From Lytechinus pictus (lineage: Eukaryota): a DNA stretch of 64,000 nt. Under the pieces are notes generated by a model, which had not been told where the DNA came from, did not search any database, and worked only from the letters and a program-made list of their open reading frames with translations. Position 1 is the stretch's first letter; every line of letters begins with the position of its first letter. The position numbers and the translations under genes were made by a program. The stretch spans positions 3,410,001 through 3,474,000 of the forward strand of contig NC_087257.1 of NCBI RefSeq assembly GCF_037042905.1, given 5' to 3'. Positions 35,711 through 48,765 of this stretch are shown piece by piece.

Positions 35711-38700
35711 AATGTGATCCACAATGTTGAAATGCTAAAATTTAACAGTGTGCAGGTGATTTCACACTGTAAACACACTGTGGCACAATCTGGGACATTG
35801 TGTTCTTTCCAGTGTTTTAAGTCTTGTTCTGAGCATTTGGTTTTATTACATGTATGTATACACTCTAAATTCCAAGACCAGCCAAATATTAGAGCTAGAT
35901 CTAAATCTTCTGGATTGAAATATAAGAATAAAGGACTTGAATTTAAATGTGTTAAGATTTTAAAACGAAAATATGTCCAATATTCAGCTGGTCACTGTTC
36001 ACAGCTTATTGTGGATTTAGAGTGTAGGTCATCCAAACCTGCAAACATAAAGAATGCAGGCCTGAAGTGGAGTCGCTTTATAATGGGAGAGGAACCTTGT
36101 TCGCTATTGGTCCATTTTATGACACATTCATGCCTTATTATCTCATAATGAGCAAACTAACTAAAAACTAAAACATAAGTCACCTCATTATAGCATCTAT
36201 TCTTAGCGACAGTTATATAACTACCTATCTATTTATAGCCATGCTGCTATTAATAGTGGGATGTTTACATTAAGCAACCTATTTTAGAACTAGATCATTT
36301 TTCATATAAAAACCTTAGAATTAAAGCAATTTGATAAAAATAGATGGTTGAGTGATGAAAATATTTAGTTGTTTTGATCACTATCATCAGATAGTTCCAT
36401 GTTATGACTGTCCTTGTAGAGCTATCATATTCCAAATATGAAAATTTATTTTATGTGATTTTATTTTATCTTACTCTAAATTGGCTTTTGTAGATGCAGT
36501 TTGTGAACATTTCCAAAATCTTTCAAAATCTTACTCTTACAAAAAATAGTGATGGAGTCACATTGAAAAGAAAGCTGACAGGTTTCTAAAGTAAAGCTTA
36601 CCTTTCATAATTCCGCTTCGGTTATGATCGCATATTATTGATGTGCTGCAAGCGAATGTCTCGCCGAACGAGACCAGAATATGAATGCCTGCCCCCACGG
36701 GGAGAGCTAATGCTGGGGAATATGTAATATAAGATACATGTTGATATTGATGATACATCATGAGGGACCTATCGCTTGATCTTGACCCCCTCTCGATGAC
36801 AGTTACCTGTCAAGATGGATGAGATTGAAAGGATCGATGAAGATACAACATGGGCAGCATTTGATTCTTTCTTTTTTAAAATGAGAATCACTAACATGGC
36901 TATTATTTTCAAAATTCCAACATGAATGGCCCGTATTCAGCACCTCAAGTTTGAAAACTTTGATTTAAACTCTGGTTTGAAGTAGTTGTTTAAGTATGAA
37001 AAGCTAATTGTGACTCAAATCTGTAACAGTAGAGGTTCAATTTTCAGCACATTTTGTCCCTGATTTTATGAAGTGGTGGATGCTTGCGCAAATATTTGAT
37101 CCAAAAAGTTGAATGTATATCCAAAGATTATAAAAATTCCACTTTTATACTTTGATGTGTGTATTAGTTTTTTTTTTTTGTGGGGGGGGGGGGGGAATGA
37201 GCTTTAACTCAACCCTCATGTATGTACTACCAGTATTCATTATTCTAAAAAAAATTATTTTCAGTGTGATAGATCGCAGTCACTCCATCTCATGTTCCTT
37301 TTGCCTCCCTTCGTCATTCTCTCTAGCTTGTCTCTCTCACTCTCAACATGACTCTCACATATGACCCTCCTTGGTCTCACCTCCATCATCCTCTAACTCT
37401 TCTTCGTCTCCAGATATTCTCAGGCAATCCCACTTTTCATTATGGCGTCTGATTTGATATATCTCTGCCTCGTCATATGAATTTGTTCTCAAATCTCCTT
37501 CACCACTCTTCCTCTTTCCTATCCAATACTCCATTATCTTTTGTGTCATGTGTACTTTGTGATTTTCCTTCTTTTAATGATCACTTTTGTTTCTTTGTTG
37601 AGGCTCCTTTTAAAAACTATATCGGATTAGGATTTCATATTTTCTCCTGTTGCTTGTTCAAGTTAGCCTATCCCTGTAAGATATTGGAGGATATTGATGA
37701 AATGATCACTTCTTCTTTTAATGTTATTTGTTGAACCTTGTTGATGTTATTTAAAAAAGTCCATTGGATTATGATTTTATATGTTCTTCCATTTTAATAC
37801 TGGTTCAAGTTTATACGATATGGAATACTCTATGAGATAATACAGATATTGGTGAAATAATTGCTTTTTCTTTTAATGTTCTCTTTGTTTCTCTGTTGAT
37901 ATTCCTTTTACAAAATTTGATTTGAATTATAATTTTACGTTTTCTCCTGTCAATGTTATTGTAGCTTATGGAAAACCCCTGTATCATTTTAGAGAATATT
38001 GATAAAAAGTAAATGGCATATAAATAGTAAATATATGTGTGTGTTTAGGCATGTTTTTTTTTTTTAGTTCTGTAATATGATGGTAAAGAAATTGTAATAA
38101 ATGTAAAATACTTTTCATGGTGATATGAGTTTGTATGTGTGTGGGTGGGGGGGGGGGTTGGGGGTGGGGAAAAGAGGGAAATGTGTAGAAGAATTGAAAT
38201 AATTTACAAGAAGAAAAAAAAACACCCCCCCCCCCAAAAAAAAAATATATATATATTGTCATTCTGTTATATGTTGGTGAAGAGATTGTAGTAAACACAT
38301 GGGTATATGATTTTAATGAGGTATGAGTGTAAGTTTGTATGTGTGGGAGGGGGAGATGGGATTGATGAAGAGAGAGGGGGAAGGGAGGGAGGAAGGAAAT
38401 GATTGTGATTGTGAATACGTACAGTGTATGTGTGGACAAGGAAGGGAAGGGTGGGGTTGGGGAACAGAGAGAGGGCTGGTGGAGGAAGGGTTTGAGGAAT
38501 GGACAGAGTGTGAAAGAGGAGATAGACAGAGAGGGGGGGGGGGGTTTAAGCAACGCATCAGTTTTATTGCATTTGAAGCTTTAATAGAGACACACATTAT
38601 AGAATGCTCCTGATTTTCTTTTTTCTTCTTCTTCATATTCTCTCTTTTGCGTTCTTTCCTAGGGCTATGCATGTAATCATGTGCAGATTTAAATTGTTAT

Positions 38701-39000
38701 TCTTGCCTAAATTACCAACATGGTCCGTCATCGGGATATATATTCCCCCCTCTGTTTTGTAGGTCGGGTAAATTTTCATCTGAGAATAACAAACTTGTGA
38801 TGAATTCTCTCTGTGCAAAGTATACTGATGAACATTTCTAAAAATGGGTTTTGTTATTGGAGACATGTTCTTTCAAGATTTTCATGTCATTGCATTTTAA
38901 GTCTTGTTTTCTCGTTATGCAGTGGCCAAAGCACTGTGAGCTCATTTCTTTAGTATGACATTCACTTGGCTCATGAATATGCCAAGGTTTGCAAAGAATA

Positions 39001-39401
39001 CATGGCCCTGTTTTACAGAGATTTACAATTGATCCAATCATTCTCAAGTATATGGTAAATCCATCCATGTCACAATTTTTTCTTTAGAAACTTTGCACAA
39101 TGTCCTTTGAAAACATAGGGAAGCATAGTGCATTGTCAAGAAAACAGTGAATCTATGAATATTATCTAGAAAATATTTAAGCAACCTGTATTTTAAATGT
39201 TGACGTTGCTGGCTTTCCATGGCTGTGATTGATCAGGGGTCCGTAACACAAAGGTTAGCGATTAATCGTACGCTTGATTTTTACGATTGATTGTGTATTG
39301 TAGTCAATGCAATCAATTGTAGAAAAATGTTCTACGATCATTGCTAAGCTTTGTGTTACGGGCCCCTGATCAATCGCAACTCTTTGTAAGACGGGGCCCA
39401 G
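39001..39401. mobile_element. Family C MITE carrying a second 135-bp palindromic MITE (39234-39368) inside its right TIR
   Basis: Host TIR gattgat-cag-atcaatcgcaactc is split by cag|GGGTCCGTAACACAAAG...CTTTGTGTTACGGGCCC|ctg. Confidence 0.85.
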
Positions 39402-40137
39402 ATATCTTTTAAAAAGTCCAATGTTCTCTCTTTACATGACAAAAAAAATGTTCCAAGTGCGCAAAATACATACAAATCGTTACCTTTCTTGTGAATGAAG
39501 TAAATTTTGAAAATAATTGAGAACATTTGGTTTAAAATGTGTGTGTTAGTGTAATACCATCTGTGCAGTTGTGTGTGTGTAGTGGATATGACCCTCAGCA
39601 AACTTGAGTAACATCCTCATCATTTTGGTCATTTTTACATTCTCATAGCATGTAGTAAGCAATACATGCATCATAGTCAAAACTCTTCAATCACTTTTAG
39701 TCAGTTTCTTCTGTTACTTGATCTCGCAGACAGAGCCGAAGTTTACAGGAAGTATATAGATAAAAGTAATTGGAGACACTTCATCTCAAATTTTTTTTAA
39801 CCAAGATGAATTAATGCTGAATAGAATGTATTGGGGATTGATAAAACACTTAAGACATTGTCTGTTCTTTACCGGAAACCTAATCTTGATTGGCCAGGCA
39901 CTGCTGTTTAAAGTGCTGATATTATTTGCCCATAATGCTCTCCCTTATCAAGCATTTTTTACACCTTTGGTCATGATCCAGTAATATGTTCAGACTTGAG
40001 CTCAAACTTATTCAAAGAAACATGGAACAAGGTGTTGTGTGTAGCTGTGAGGTGAACATACTGGATTAAAATGAAAGAATAAAAACCAAGGCATAAAAAG
40101 TTGGCGAGAGAGCTTGGTGTAAGGGGGCTTTCGAGAA

Positions 40138-40600
40138 TAAGACACCGTTCTCATGACGCTTTCTAAAACTAGTTTACTGGAAACCGGTTATGGAAACCAG
40201 TTTGGAAGTCGCTTTGCTAGCGTTCCCACTTGATCAAATGAAAGTGGTTTTCAAAATCACTTCACGTAAAGGTATCTTGTTGCTATGGAAACGCTCTCAG
40301 TATGGTGACACGTTTCGCGCAAAATTCGAAACCATTCTACACCTGTCGTGTGGCGTAGCGCGCTCAAAATGTGCAAAGATTGCTTCACGAAGAACGGTTG
40401 TGTCCTCACTTGCGCTAAAACCAGTGCACCGAGGCGAAGTGATCTTGAAAACAACATCGCGAGGTGGTTTTCCGAACTAGTTTGGAAGATCGCTTCCAAG
40501 ACCACTTCGACCAGTGTCACTACGCGTTGTCACTAACTAGTTTCCACTAAACTAGTTTCCAGTAAACTAGTTTTAGGAACATAGTGAGAATGGTGCCTAA
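40138..40600. mobile_element. Harbinger-like MITE
   Basis: TAA TSD; GACACCGTTCTCA..CTAAAACTAGTTTACTGGAAAC / GTTTCCAGTAAACTAGTTTTAG..TGAGAATGGTGCC. Confidence 0.85.
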
Positions 40601-40767
40601 GAAGAGGAAGAGTATTGAAACAAGAATTGGGAATAGAAGGAGGAAGAGGAAAGAGAGAGAAAGAGAGAGGAGGTGGATTAGGAGGAGAAGGACAAAGAGG
40701 AGGAGCAAGAGTGGGGGTAGAGGATCAAGGGAGGTCGAAAAGGAGGAAGAGATGTGGGAGGGTGAGT

Positions 40768-40801
<34 letters not shown>

Positions 40802-41007
40802 AGGGGGTAATGATGGTGTTTTCTTCTCTATAATCTATGTTAAAAAACATTAAACACAGTCTCTAGAGTGTAAATTTTATAAAGGATTAAAAAGGAAAAG
40901 GAATAAAGAAATAAGAAAGAAAAATGAAGGTAAAGGATAAGAAATTGGGGTGAGTATGCATAAGTATTCAGTTCTATGCTTTTAATCCACAAACCTACTT
41001 TGATGTC

Positions 41008-41160
41008 CAAGGCCCTTTGCATTAAGTTACTATTATGCCATCAAATGGTAACCACCACTGTAACGCCGATCAACAGCCAATCGCAATCAAGGATTCCATG
41101 CAAGTTACCCATTGCATGGCAAAGTTACCATAATAGTAACTTTTATGCAACGGGGCCCTG
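41008..41160. mobile_element. Harbinger-like MITE with central CCAAT motif
   Basis: ggccctttgcattaagttactattatg / cataatagtaacttttatgcaacggggcc. Confidence 0.8.
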
Positions 41161-44100
41161 GGCTTACTGTTCATACTGAATGCAAGAATCAGCTTTGTAG
41201 TTTTCTTGCCATACAAAAAAGGTTGTAATTGTCTGAACAGGGCGAAATGCCTTGCTCTGTACCTCTTTTCCCCCGTTGGCGATTACCAATTGATTACCCA
41301 GCCTCTTTTTGTCTTGATGTTAACGATCTCCATTCTTCAGGAACGGCACATCTTCAAGTTCCGAGATTGTCACTCCCGTTGCTTTTATGCATGTGTCGGG
41401 GATCTATTTTCTTGCAGCTTGGCCGGTGCGTGCTTTCATACCTCTAAATGTTTGCAATATTTAGGAGACAACAAAAATTGGTAGGACACCTGAGAATGTG
41501 CTAAGTATGTTGAGGGATATCATTATCATTGTTGAAGTAGGCTGCCATTCTTGTGATTTACTTGTATTTGAGTCATGTAAAAGCATGGACAGTGTCAAGG
41601 GGAAGGGGGGGGGACAGGGTAGTCTGCAGGCACAGACCCTTGGCTTCACAATTTGCATAGTGCATAATGCCGAGTCTGAAGTAGTGAGACTATATACCCT
41701 GGCTGGCTCTACCATTTGACACAGACATAGAGTTTGGCATCTATAATGGTCTTTTCCGTTTCTGAAAATCTGTAATTCCGTTTCAACTTGATCTAAAAAT
41801 GGAAATTCCGTTTCGTCACTGAAAATGTACACATCAAAAACCTGAATTCCGTTTTGCAAAAGTGAATTCCATGAATTTTTACATGAAAAGTGTAAGAACC
41901 AAACAGAATTTCTGTTTTATTTACCGGTAAACCGGAAAATCACTGTCCCTATGTGTCTACTTGAACACCATCTCAGTACTGTTTCAATACCTGTTCCATG
42001 CGCTTTGCTTAACTCCATACCAGCTACATGTGTAGTAGGTCCATGATGTAACATTGATGAGAGCATTACTTGGTTTTTTTTCAATGGTGTGTTCATTCTA
42101 GAATGTACTTCATTCAAAGTTTTAATGTCAATAAAGTCATTAAAAAAATAGATTGTTATATACTGTTGGGTATGTGTGTACAAGCACTGAACTTATTTCT
42201 TGTTGGGGGGGGGGTTGATCTATTTTGACACCACCGGAAAACCTCTAGCATGACGTCACATTTGTCACGGGAATTGTGGATTCACCTTGATATCTGAGCT
42301 GCCCCCTTTAAAGTTACTGTCCGGCAACAAGAAACAATACATTCACTATGTGGTCATACAGAAGAATTGTCATAGACTGAATTGATCACACATTTTCCAG
42401 TGAAGAATTTACTGTGACAACGAATTTGGAAATCAAGGAAAACTTGAATGAGTTTTTGCTTATGGTACCATTGAACTTCAAGGCAAAATCAATGATTTTT
42501 ATAGTATTTTCGTCCTCTTCAGATGCTTGTATTAGGTAGCTAGCATTGAAATCTGATGTGATATGCAATGAATTCCAGCCCTAAGCAAAGTATACGAGCC
42601 ATACTTCTTGTATTATGATGATATGCTTTTAGTTGATTTTAACAGCAAGTCTTCAGGGGCCCTTATGAAATGTGGTGAGTTTTATCCATGGAAACTGCCT
42701 CCTCCATGCTTCTACGAGCCAAATACCGCCACACGCTGTCTGGAGATAATGTGCTCCTATTGTCCACCGCTTTTCCACTCGAGCGAATAAATGCATAAAT
42801 TCTCGTGGGCACGCTGATGAAGTGGCGCAGAGCTCATGATGTTTTTGCAAATACCACCATAAGGCCCGAGGCTGTGCGCCTCCCGACAATCGATAGCGGT
42901 CTCACCATAAAGAAACGATAATCAGCCCAGACATTCCATAATTAATTTCTTTTCTACTCTGTATAGTCCTATGCTCTCGATCACATTTTCCTCATTAATC
43001 ACCTCTAGTGCACACCATATGCCACATGGTGTATAAGCACAACTTAATTTTTCCCTGTGGAAAGTTTTCTGAAAAGTTCAGTCCATGCATTTTCAAAAGA
43101 GCCCCCCAAAAGCAACCAACCTACAAACACGGTATGTGATGCTTATTAAAATTTCTTTACTGTTTTTCTAGTGCTATAAAAGAATATTTATTTCTTCTTC
43201 TTCAGTTACTATTTTCCATTCTTCCTTGATATCATTTCTTTGGTGTTATTTCCAATTGTCACTCTTTTACTGTGTCAATAGCAGTGTGACCCTTCTTAAT
43301 CCTTCCCTTTCTCATTCTCCTCCCTTCTATTTTTCTTCACCTTTTTTCCTAAATGTTACTTAATCTTGTCTTTCTTTTTATTGTATCAGTTGCAGGTTGA
43401 CACCTCCTTACCTACTTCACCTCTCCCCCTTCCTTCCCTCTCTCCTCATTCCTTTCCTTTATCTTTCTCTCATGTCTGTTTTTCTCCCTTCTCCCATCTT
43501 TCTTTCCATTCAGCATCTCAACTTACTTTTCCCCCTAATGTTACTTTTATCTTTGAGTTTGCTGATTTTAGGGTGATCCTTTCTCTTTCCTTTTATTCTG
43601 TTTTTTTTTCTCCCCTTCTTTTCCTCATATCTGTATTATTTTCTCCCTTCTCTCATTCTATCTCTCCACTCACCATCTTTACCTTTGTTCTAAATGTGAG
43701 TATCTCTTGTCTTTCTTTTTAATTGTAGGGCGATCCTTCCTCCTTCCTTCCCTCTCTCGTCCTCTCTTATCTGTCCTGCCTTCTCTCCTTTCTCATATTC
43801 TCACATTCTGATTCTTCTCAACTTTCGTCCCATAATGTTTCCATTCGTCTTTCTTTTTATTCTAATTATAGGTTGATCTTTTCTCCTTCCATTTTAGATG
43901 AAATCAAACCTCATTCCCTTTTCGTATTCTTTCCCAGAATTGTCTCCACTTGTATCCTTCATGTTATTCCCCTCTTCTCCATCTAGTATGTCTTTGTAGT
44001 TTGATTGTTAAACTTGTAGCACCTTGTGCAGATGGCGCTCAGGGCGTGCAAGGTGGCTACAGCAATAAAAGTCTCAGGAAACATAGCCAATTAACTTTTC

Positions 44101-44588
44101 CCTGTACGTATTATGTTACGGCCCAGCCCTTCCGTGTTTCTACGACAGAAACATTACTATTGAGTTGTTGAAACTGTTTAACTGCTACATACAAAAAATG
44201 ATAATTTTGTTCAGTTCAGTTCAATTTATTTATTTGCTCAGCATGAACTATTAGTTCCCAGTTAAATATTGTAAAATACACGATAATCTGTCTGCTACTT
44301 TTTTCTCAAGAAAGGAAAGATGTGGGAAAGATGGAAAGTTATTGTGAACTGTTAAATGCATCTCAAGATAAGAAAAACATCAGAAGATGGTCCAATGCAA
44401 GAAATTGCTCTCTAAATGTCCTCACATTCAAAAGTATAGGTGTAATCCACACTTACATAGATTAATGTCACCTAGCCAACTCTCATTGTTGTTTAAAATT
44501 TATTTTGGATCTTAGAGGACTCTTTTTAGTTCACTGTTGTTTTGTTACCGAGTATTGCAAAAAGGAAGCAACACCTGAATTCAGTATC

Positions 44589-44757
44589 TAATACCTCGGT
44601 CACATTTGCTCTACGGCGGCCGTAAGGCGGGTCGAAAACAGCCATTTTAGTCATTTTTATTCAAACCACCTATATATAGCTGGTACAAAAAAATGTTAAA
44701 ACAGCTGTTTTCGATTCGCCGTACGGCCGCCGTAGAGCAAATGTGACCGAGGTATTA
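44589..44757. mobile_element. Palindromic Harbinger-like MITE (young copy)
   Basis: TAATACCTCGGTCACATTTGCTCTACGGCGGCCGTA / TACGGCCGCCGTAGAGCAAATGTGACCGAGGTATTA; relatives at 12421-12580 and 46897-47044. Confidence 0.9.
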
Positions 44758-45670
44758 GTAAATGAGAGAAATGTGTCAACAATTTAGATGGAAATGAATA
44801 GATTTTCTTGCTGTTGAAATGACTACATTTTTAGAAATCGGGTTATATGGCTCCAATTCCTTCAGCATTATGTAGAGCATACAGAACATATCCCAACTCA
44901 AGAATAAAATAAATTAACCAAGAAAAAGCGTTGCTTCCTTTCGCCAGTGGACTGCAGCATTGATATAATTTATATATAGAGAAGAAATGCCTTCAGGAAC
45001 GATTATTGTTTTCTTGCTTCTAAGTCTTTTTATTCATCAGTATCAATGTTAAAAGTGGGTCTATCATACCAGGAGTGTTATATTCCCTTGAAATATCATC
45101 TACTATGAATTAATATGCAGGTGGAAGCCCAAATTTTGTCTGCTGAATCGAATTTGTGTACTGAAACCCATTGATACTGCAAGTTTGATCTTATGATAGA
45201 CTCGTTTCAAGACTCAATTATTGATTGGATTGTCATTAGTGTCTGTGGCTGTAGACTAATTTACAATTCACAAATTAATTGTTGTTTCAAGGTTTATAAG
45301 GATGGGTTCTCTCCACATGTGCGAGTAAAAAGAGATTTGCACGGTTCCCAATTGCTTTTGCTAATGTCACAAGATGAACTTGTCCAATCCAATTCAACAA
45401 ATTTTTTAGTCATTTTCTTTTTACAAAGGCTAATAATGTTAGTGCACAGGTTTTTAGTGATTTTTATTTCGAATTGTTTTATTTTATTTGTTTATTTATA
45501 CATTCATTTATTTATTTTGTTTATTTATTTTCATTTTTTATTTAGCTATTTATTTTTTATTTTTTAGTTTATGTATGTATTTATTTTTTCATTCATTATT
45601 CATTAATTTGGAGTGGTAAGAGCAAATGATGGTCCATTATATTTTGACAAATTTTCTGTATAAAGAACAA

Positions 45671-46074
45671 TTAAAGATAAATACCAGTTTTGGTAACGAT
45701 CTCAAAATGAGTTCGAACAGAATCCAATAACATTACCACCCAAGTGTTTGTATGTATGAATAAAAAATATGTGCCAAGTGACTCTTGAAGAAAATTTGTA
45801 ATTGCTGAGAAATGAGCAAAATAAGCACAGAATTACATCAAATGTCGGGTATTTTTCCGAGCAATATTAATAATACACTGTCCCACATATGCTTTCCTGT
45901 GTTAGTGATCATCAAAATTATCAGTTTTCAGCTAAAATTTCATGATTTCACAAAGATAAGTTTATTTCAATGTACCAGATCTAGATCTATGATAATATTG
46001 TGGCAATTAACCTTGATTTCAAAGCCTTTCTCATGAAATAATTGTTTGCTGCAACTACTGTCTTTTACCTTTAA
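45671..46074 (-). mobile_element. TTAA-flanked MITE, family K1 copy 3
   Basis: TTAA|AGATAAATACC...TTTTACCT|TTAA; reverse complement of 206-604. Confidence 0.85.
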
Positions 46075-46290
46075 AGCGGGAGAGGATGCTCGATATGAAT
46101 GATGCAATATTTAAATGTTCTTAGGAAAAACAATTCAATGGCACCTACACTTAGTGTAAGATAGGTATGTTAAATTATTCATTATACTATAATTCACATT
46201 ATTGACCCTCTCGCAAAGCTTTAGACAGACTTCAAAACACAAAAGGATCAATGCAGGTTCCTACTAGGCCATATTTAAACATGCCTTTAG

Positions 46291-46560
46291 ATAATAATAA
46301 TATGCAACATTCATATAGCGCTTAATGCAGATTTTTCTCAGCGCTGCATACTTTTTTCCCGCTTTAGCATGGCTATTCTGATCGGACACTCGAGCATTCA
46401 AGGAATTCCTTCCTACCGGGTACCCATTTACTACACCTGGGTGGAGAGTGGCAAATGTAGATAAATGCATTGCCATAGGACGCAGGTGCTGCGGTGGGTT
46501 TTGAACCTCGGACCTTGTGGTTTAAAGTCCGGAGACTTACCACTGAGCCACAACACCTCT
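46291..46560 (-). mobile_element. Near full-length CORE-like tRNA-SINE
   Basis: Minus strand: A box tgtggctcagtggtaag, B box ggttcaaaacc, core ttgccactctccacccaggtgtagtaaatgggtacc, tail gcgctatatgaatgttgca(tat)n. Confidence 0.85.
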
Positions 46561-47589
46561 ACATTCTTCTTCAGGATCAGTGCCTGCAATTGCCTTCAAT
46601 TTTGAAATGCTATGTAACTGTGTTGCTAGAGGCGTAACACAATCAACATGTACTTTTGACAGACTGTGTTGTGGAACCTTAGCCTTCTATGTCCCATATC
46701 AATGTCCTCATCGATCTGCACATAAGTGAATTTCATTTCAAATAAATTAGGCTACGTAAATTTGAACAAACGCATTTTCTTTCTGCAGCAGCAGTCCAAG
46801 TGGTTCGATTGGCCTTTGTTGGTACAAAGTCTCGCTGCTGAGAAATTTGAAGCTTCCGCATGTTTCTGAAGCACCTAAAATCGTCCATTGTGTTTTATAC
46901 CCCAGTCACATTCCCTCTACGGCGGCCGTACGGCGAGTTGAAAACAGTTGTTTTATTCATCTTAATTCAAACCACCTATAAGTAGCTGATACAAAAAATG
47001 TTAAAATGGCTTTATTCGCTGTAGATCAAATAAAACCCAGGTATGAGAGATAAAGGGGGTAGAGAGAAGAAGCCTGAATGGAGTGAGCAGAAACACATTT
47101 ATCAGAATTTTACCCCAGGTCCTGTGTCACAAACAACATTGTATGGTACCTCTTTGATAACACTGTAACATGTTCAGAAACCAAGCAAATTCAGGGTTTC
47201 CATTCATGCACCAGGGCCCCCAAAAAGTGACCACTTTATGGATTTTTTAAGGTAATCTTCAAGCTGAGTATGTGTGTAAGCGGTTTCAAAAGGGAGGAAC
47301 CAGTGTTCCTTCACCAATCATTCAAAGCTTGGGATTTGATGCTTTGTAGTTAAAAAGAAAAAAATCCCCTTTTTTTCCAAAGCAAGAGAAATGGCAAAGG
47401 TTACCTAGAAATTAAAGTTAATCTGCAGTAGATAGCAACATATTACTTTGATATTACGATTGAACAATTTTGCGATACCCCTGCAAGAAGAATAAGGATA
47501 ACACGGAATCATTACACCTATTTATTTCTGTTATTTCTCACTTCCTGCCAAGTACTCGCCCCCTTTCCCGCACCACCCCGCCCAACCCT

Positions 47590-48230
47590 GTAGATCTATA
47601 GTAGATATAAAATTAGTATACTGTCGTGTGGAAGTACAAATATAAGAGGGCCAGAAATACTACCCTGTGGGACTCCAGAAGTAAATAAAACAGTCCGATG
47701 TTGAATAGTTTGTACTTTATCTTTGTCTTAATTGATATACTTCGATTTTTTTTTCTTTTCACAACAATTTTCATAACAATTAACATGACATTTTCAGATA
47801 TATTTTTAATCTCCTTCTTACCTTCAAAACAAAGTTAGCTTCATTCAAATGTATGATTATACTATGTCATGGTGTCAGAGAATTATTGTGAGCATCTTCA
47901 CAGATATTCTATTGAAAAGCCTTTTGAGTGGTAGGCTGGTGGTTACATTTTCTTCATCGTATGTTGGCTTTCTGAAGAGGATATATATAAACTGAACGGC
48001 CTTCAATTAAACACGCCTACATTGCAAAATACTGTAATTACATCCAACCTGTATTGTCTGTTTCTTGTGTTTTCATGTTCGAATGGTCTATTATTGTGAA
48101 CAAGGCATTAAGGTATCTATTTTTTTTCTAATATGGTCATCGTCCTTGTTAAATTCTAAAAAAACATCTGTTAGTCACAGATATGGACTGAATTTTGAGA
48201 CAGTAGCAGCTAACAAAAATATTTCCAATG
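47590..48230 (-). pseudogene. Decayed CR1/L2-clade LINE reverse transcriptase fragment
   Basis: Minus strand 47682-47638 translates TSGVPQGSISGPLIF (GVPQGS.LGP.LF motif); a KAF remnant lies near 47915 at a plausible upstream spacing. Confidence 0.75.
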
Positions 48231-48324
48231 AAAATCTTCATAACTCGTCCTGTTCTCTTTATTCTCACTTTGTCTTTCTTGGATGTCTCTCGCATTCTTC
48301 TTATCTTCTCTCTCTTTTATTCCC

Positions 48325-48765
48325 CTCCCTTTTCTCTGTCTCTCCATCTCTCTCCCTCACTCTCCCCTATCTCACTCTCTCATTCCCTTTCCCTCGATCT
48401 TCCTCCAGCCATTCTCCTTCTCTCCCTTTTCTCTGTCTCTCCATCTCTCTCCCTCACTCTCCCCTATCTCACTCTCTCTCATTCCCTTTCCCTCGATCTT
48501 CCTCCAGCCATTCTCCCTCTCTCCCTTTTCCCTCCTTTTCTCTGTCTCTCCATCTCTCTCCCTCTCTCTCCCCTATCTCACTCTCTCTCATTCCCTTTCC
48601 CTCGATCTTCCTCCAGCCATTCTCCCTCTCTCCCTTTTCCCTCCTTTTCTCTGTCTCTCCATCTCTCTCCCTCTCTCTCCCCTATCTCACTCTCTCTCAT
48701 TCCCTTTCCCTCGATCTTTCTCCAGCCATTCTCCCTTTTCTCTCCTTTTCTCTGTCTCTCAAGCT
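48325..48765. repeat. Polypyrimidine minisatellite, unit about 100-108 bp, about 4 copies
   Basis: tttctctgtctctccatctctctccc...ttccctttccctcgatcttcctccagccattctcc repeated. Confidence 0.9.

Noticed and set aside
41728-41953. CATAG...CTATG-ended element with ttccgttt subrepeats
   Set aside because: Probably an old DNA transposon, but no TSD could be found, so it was not classified.
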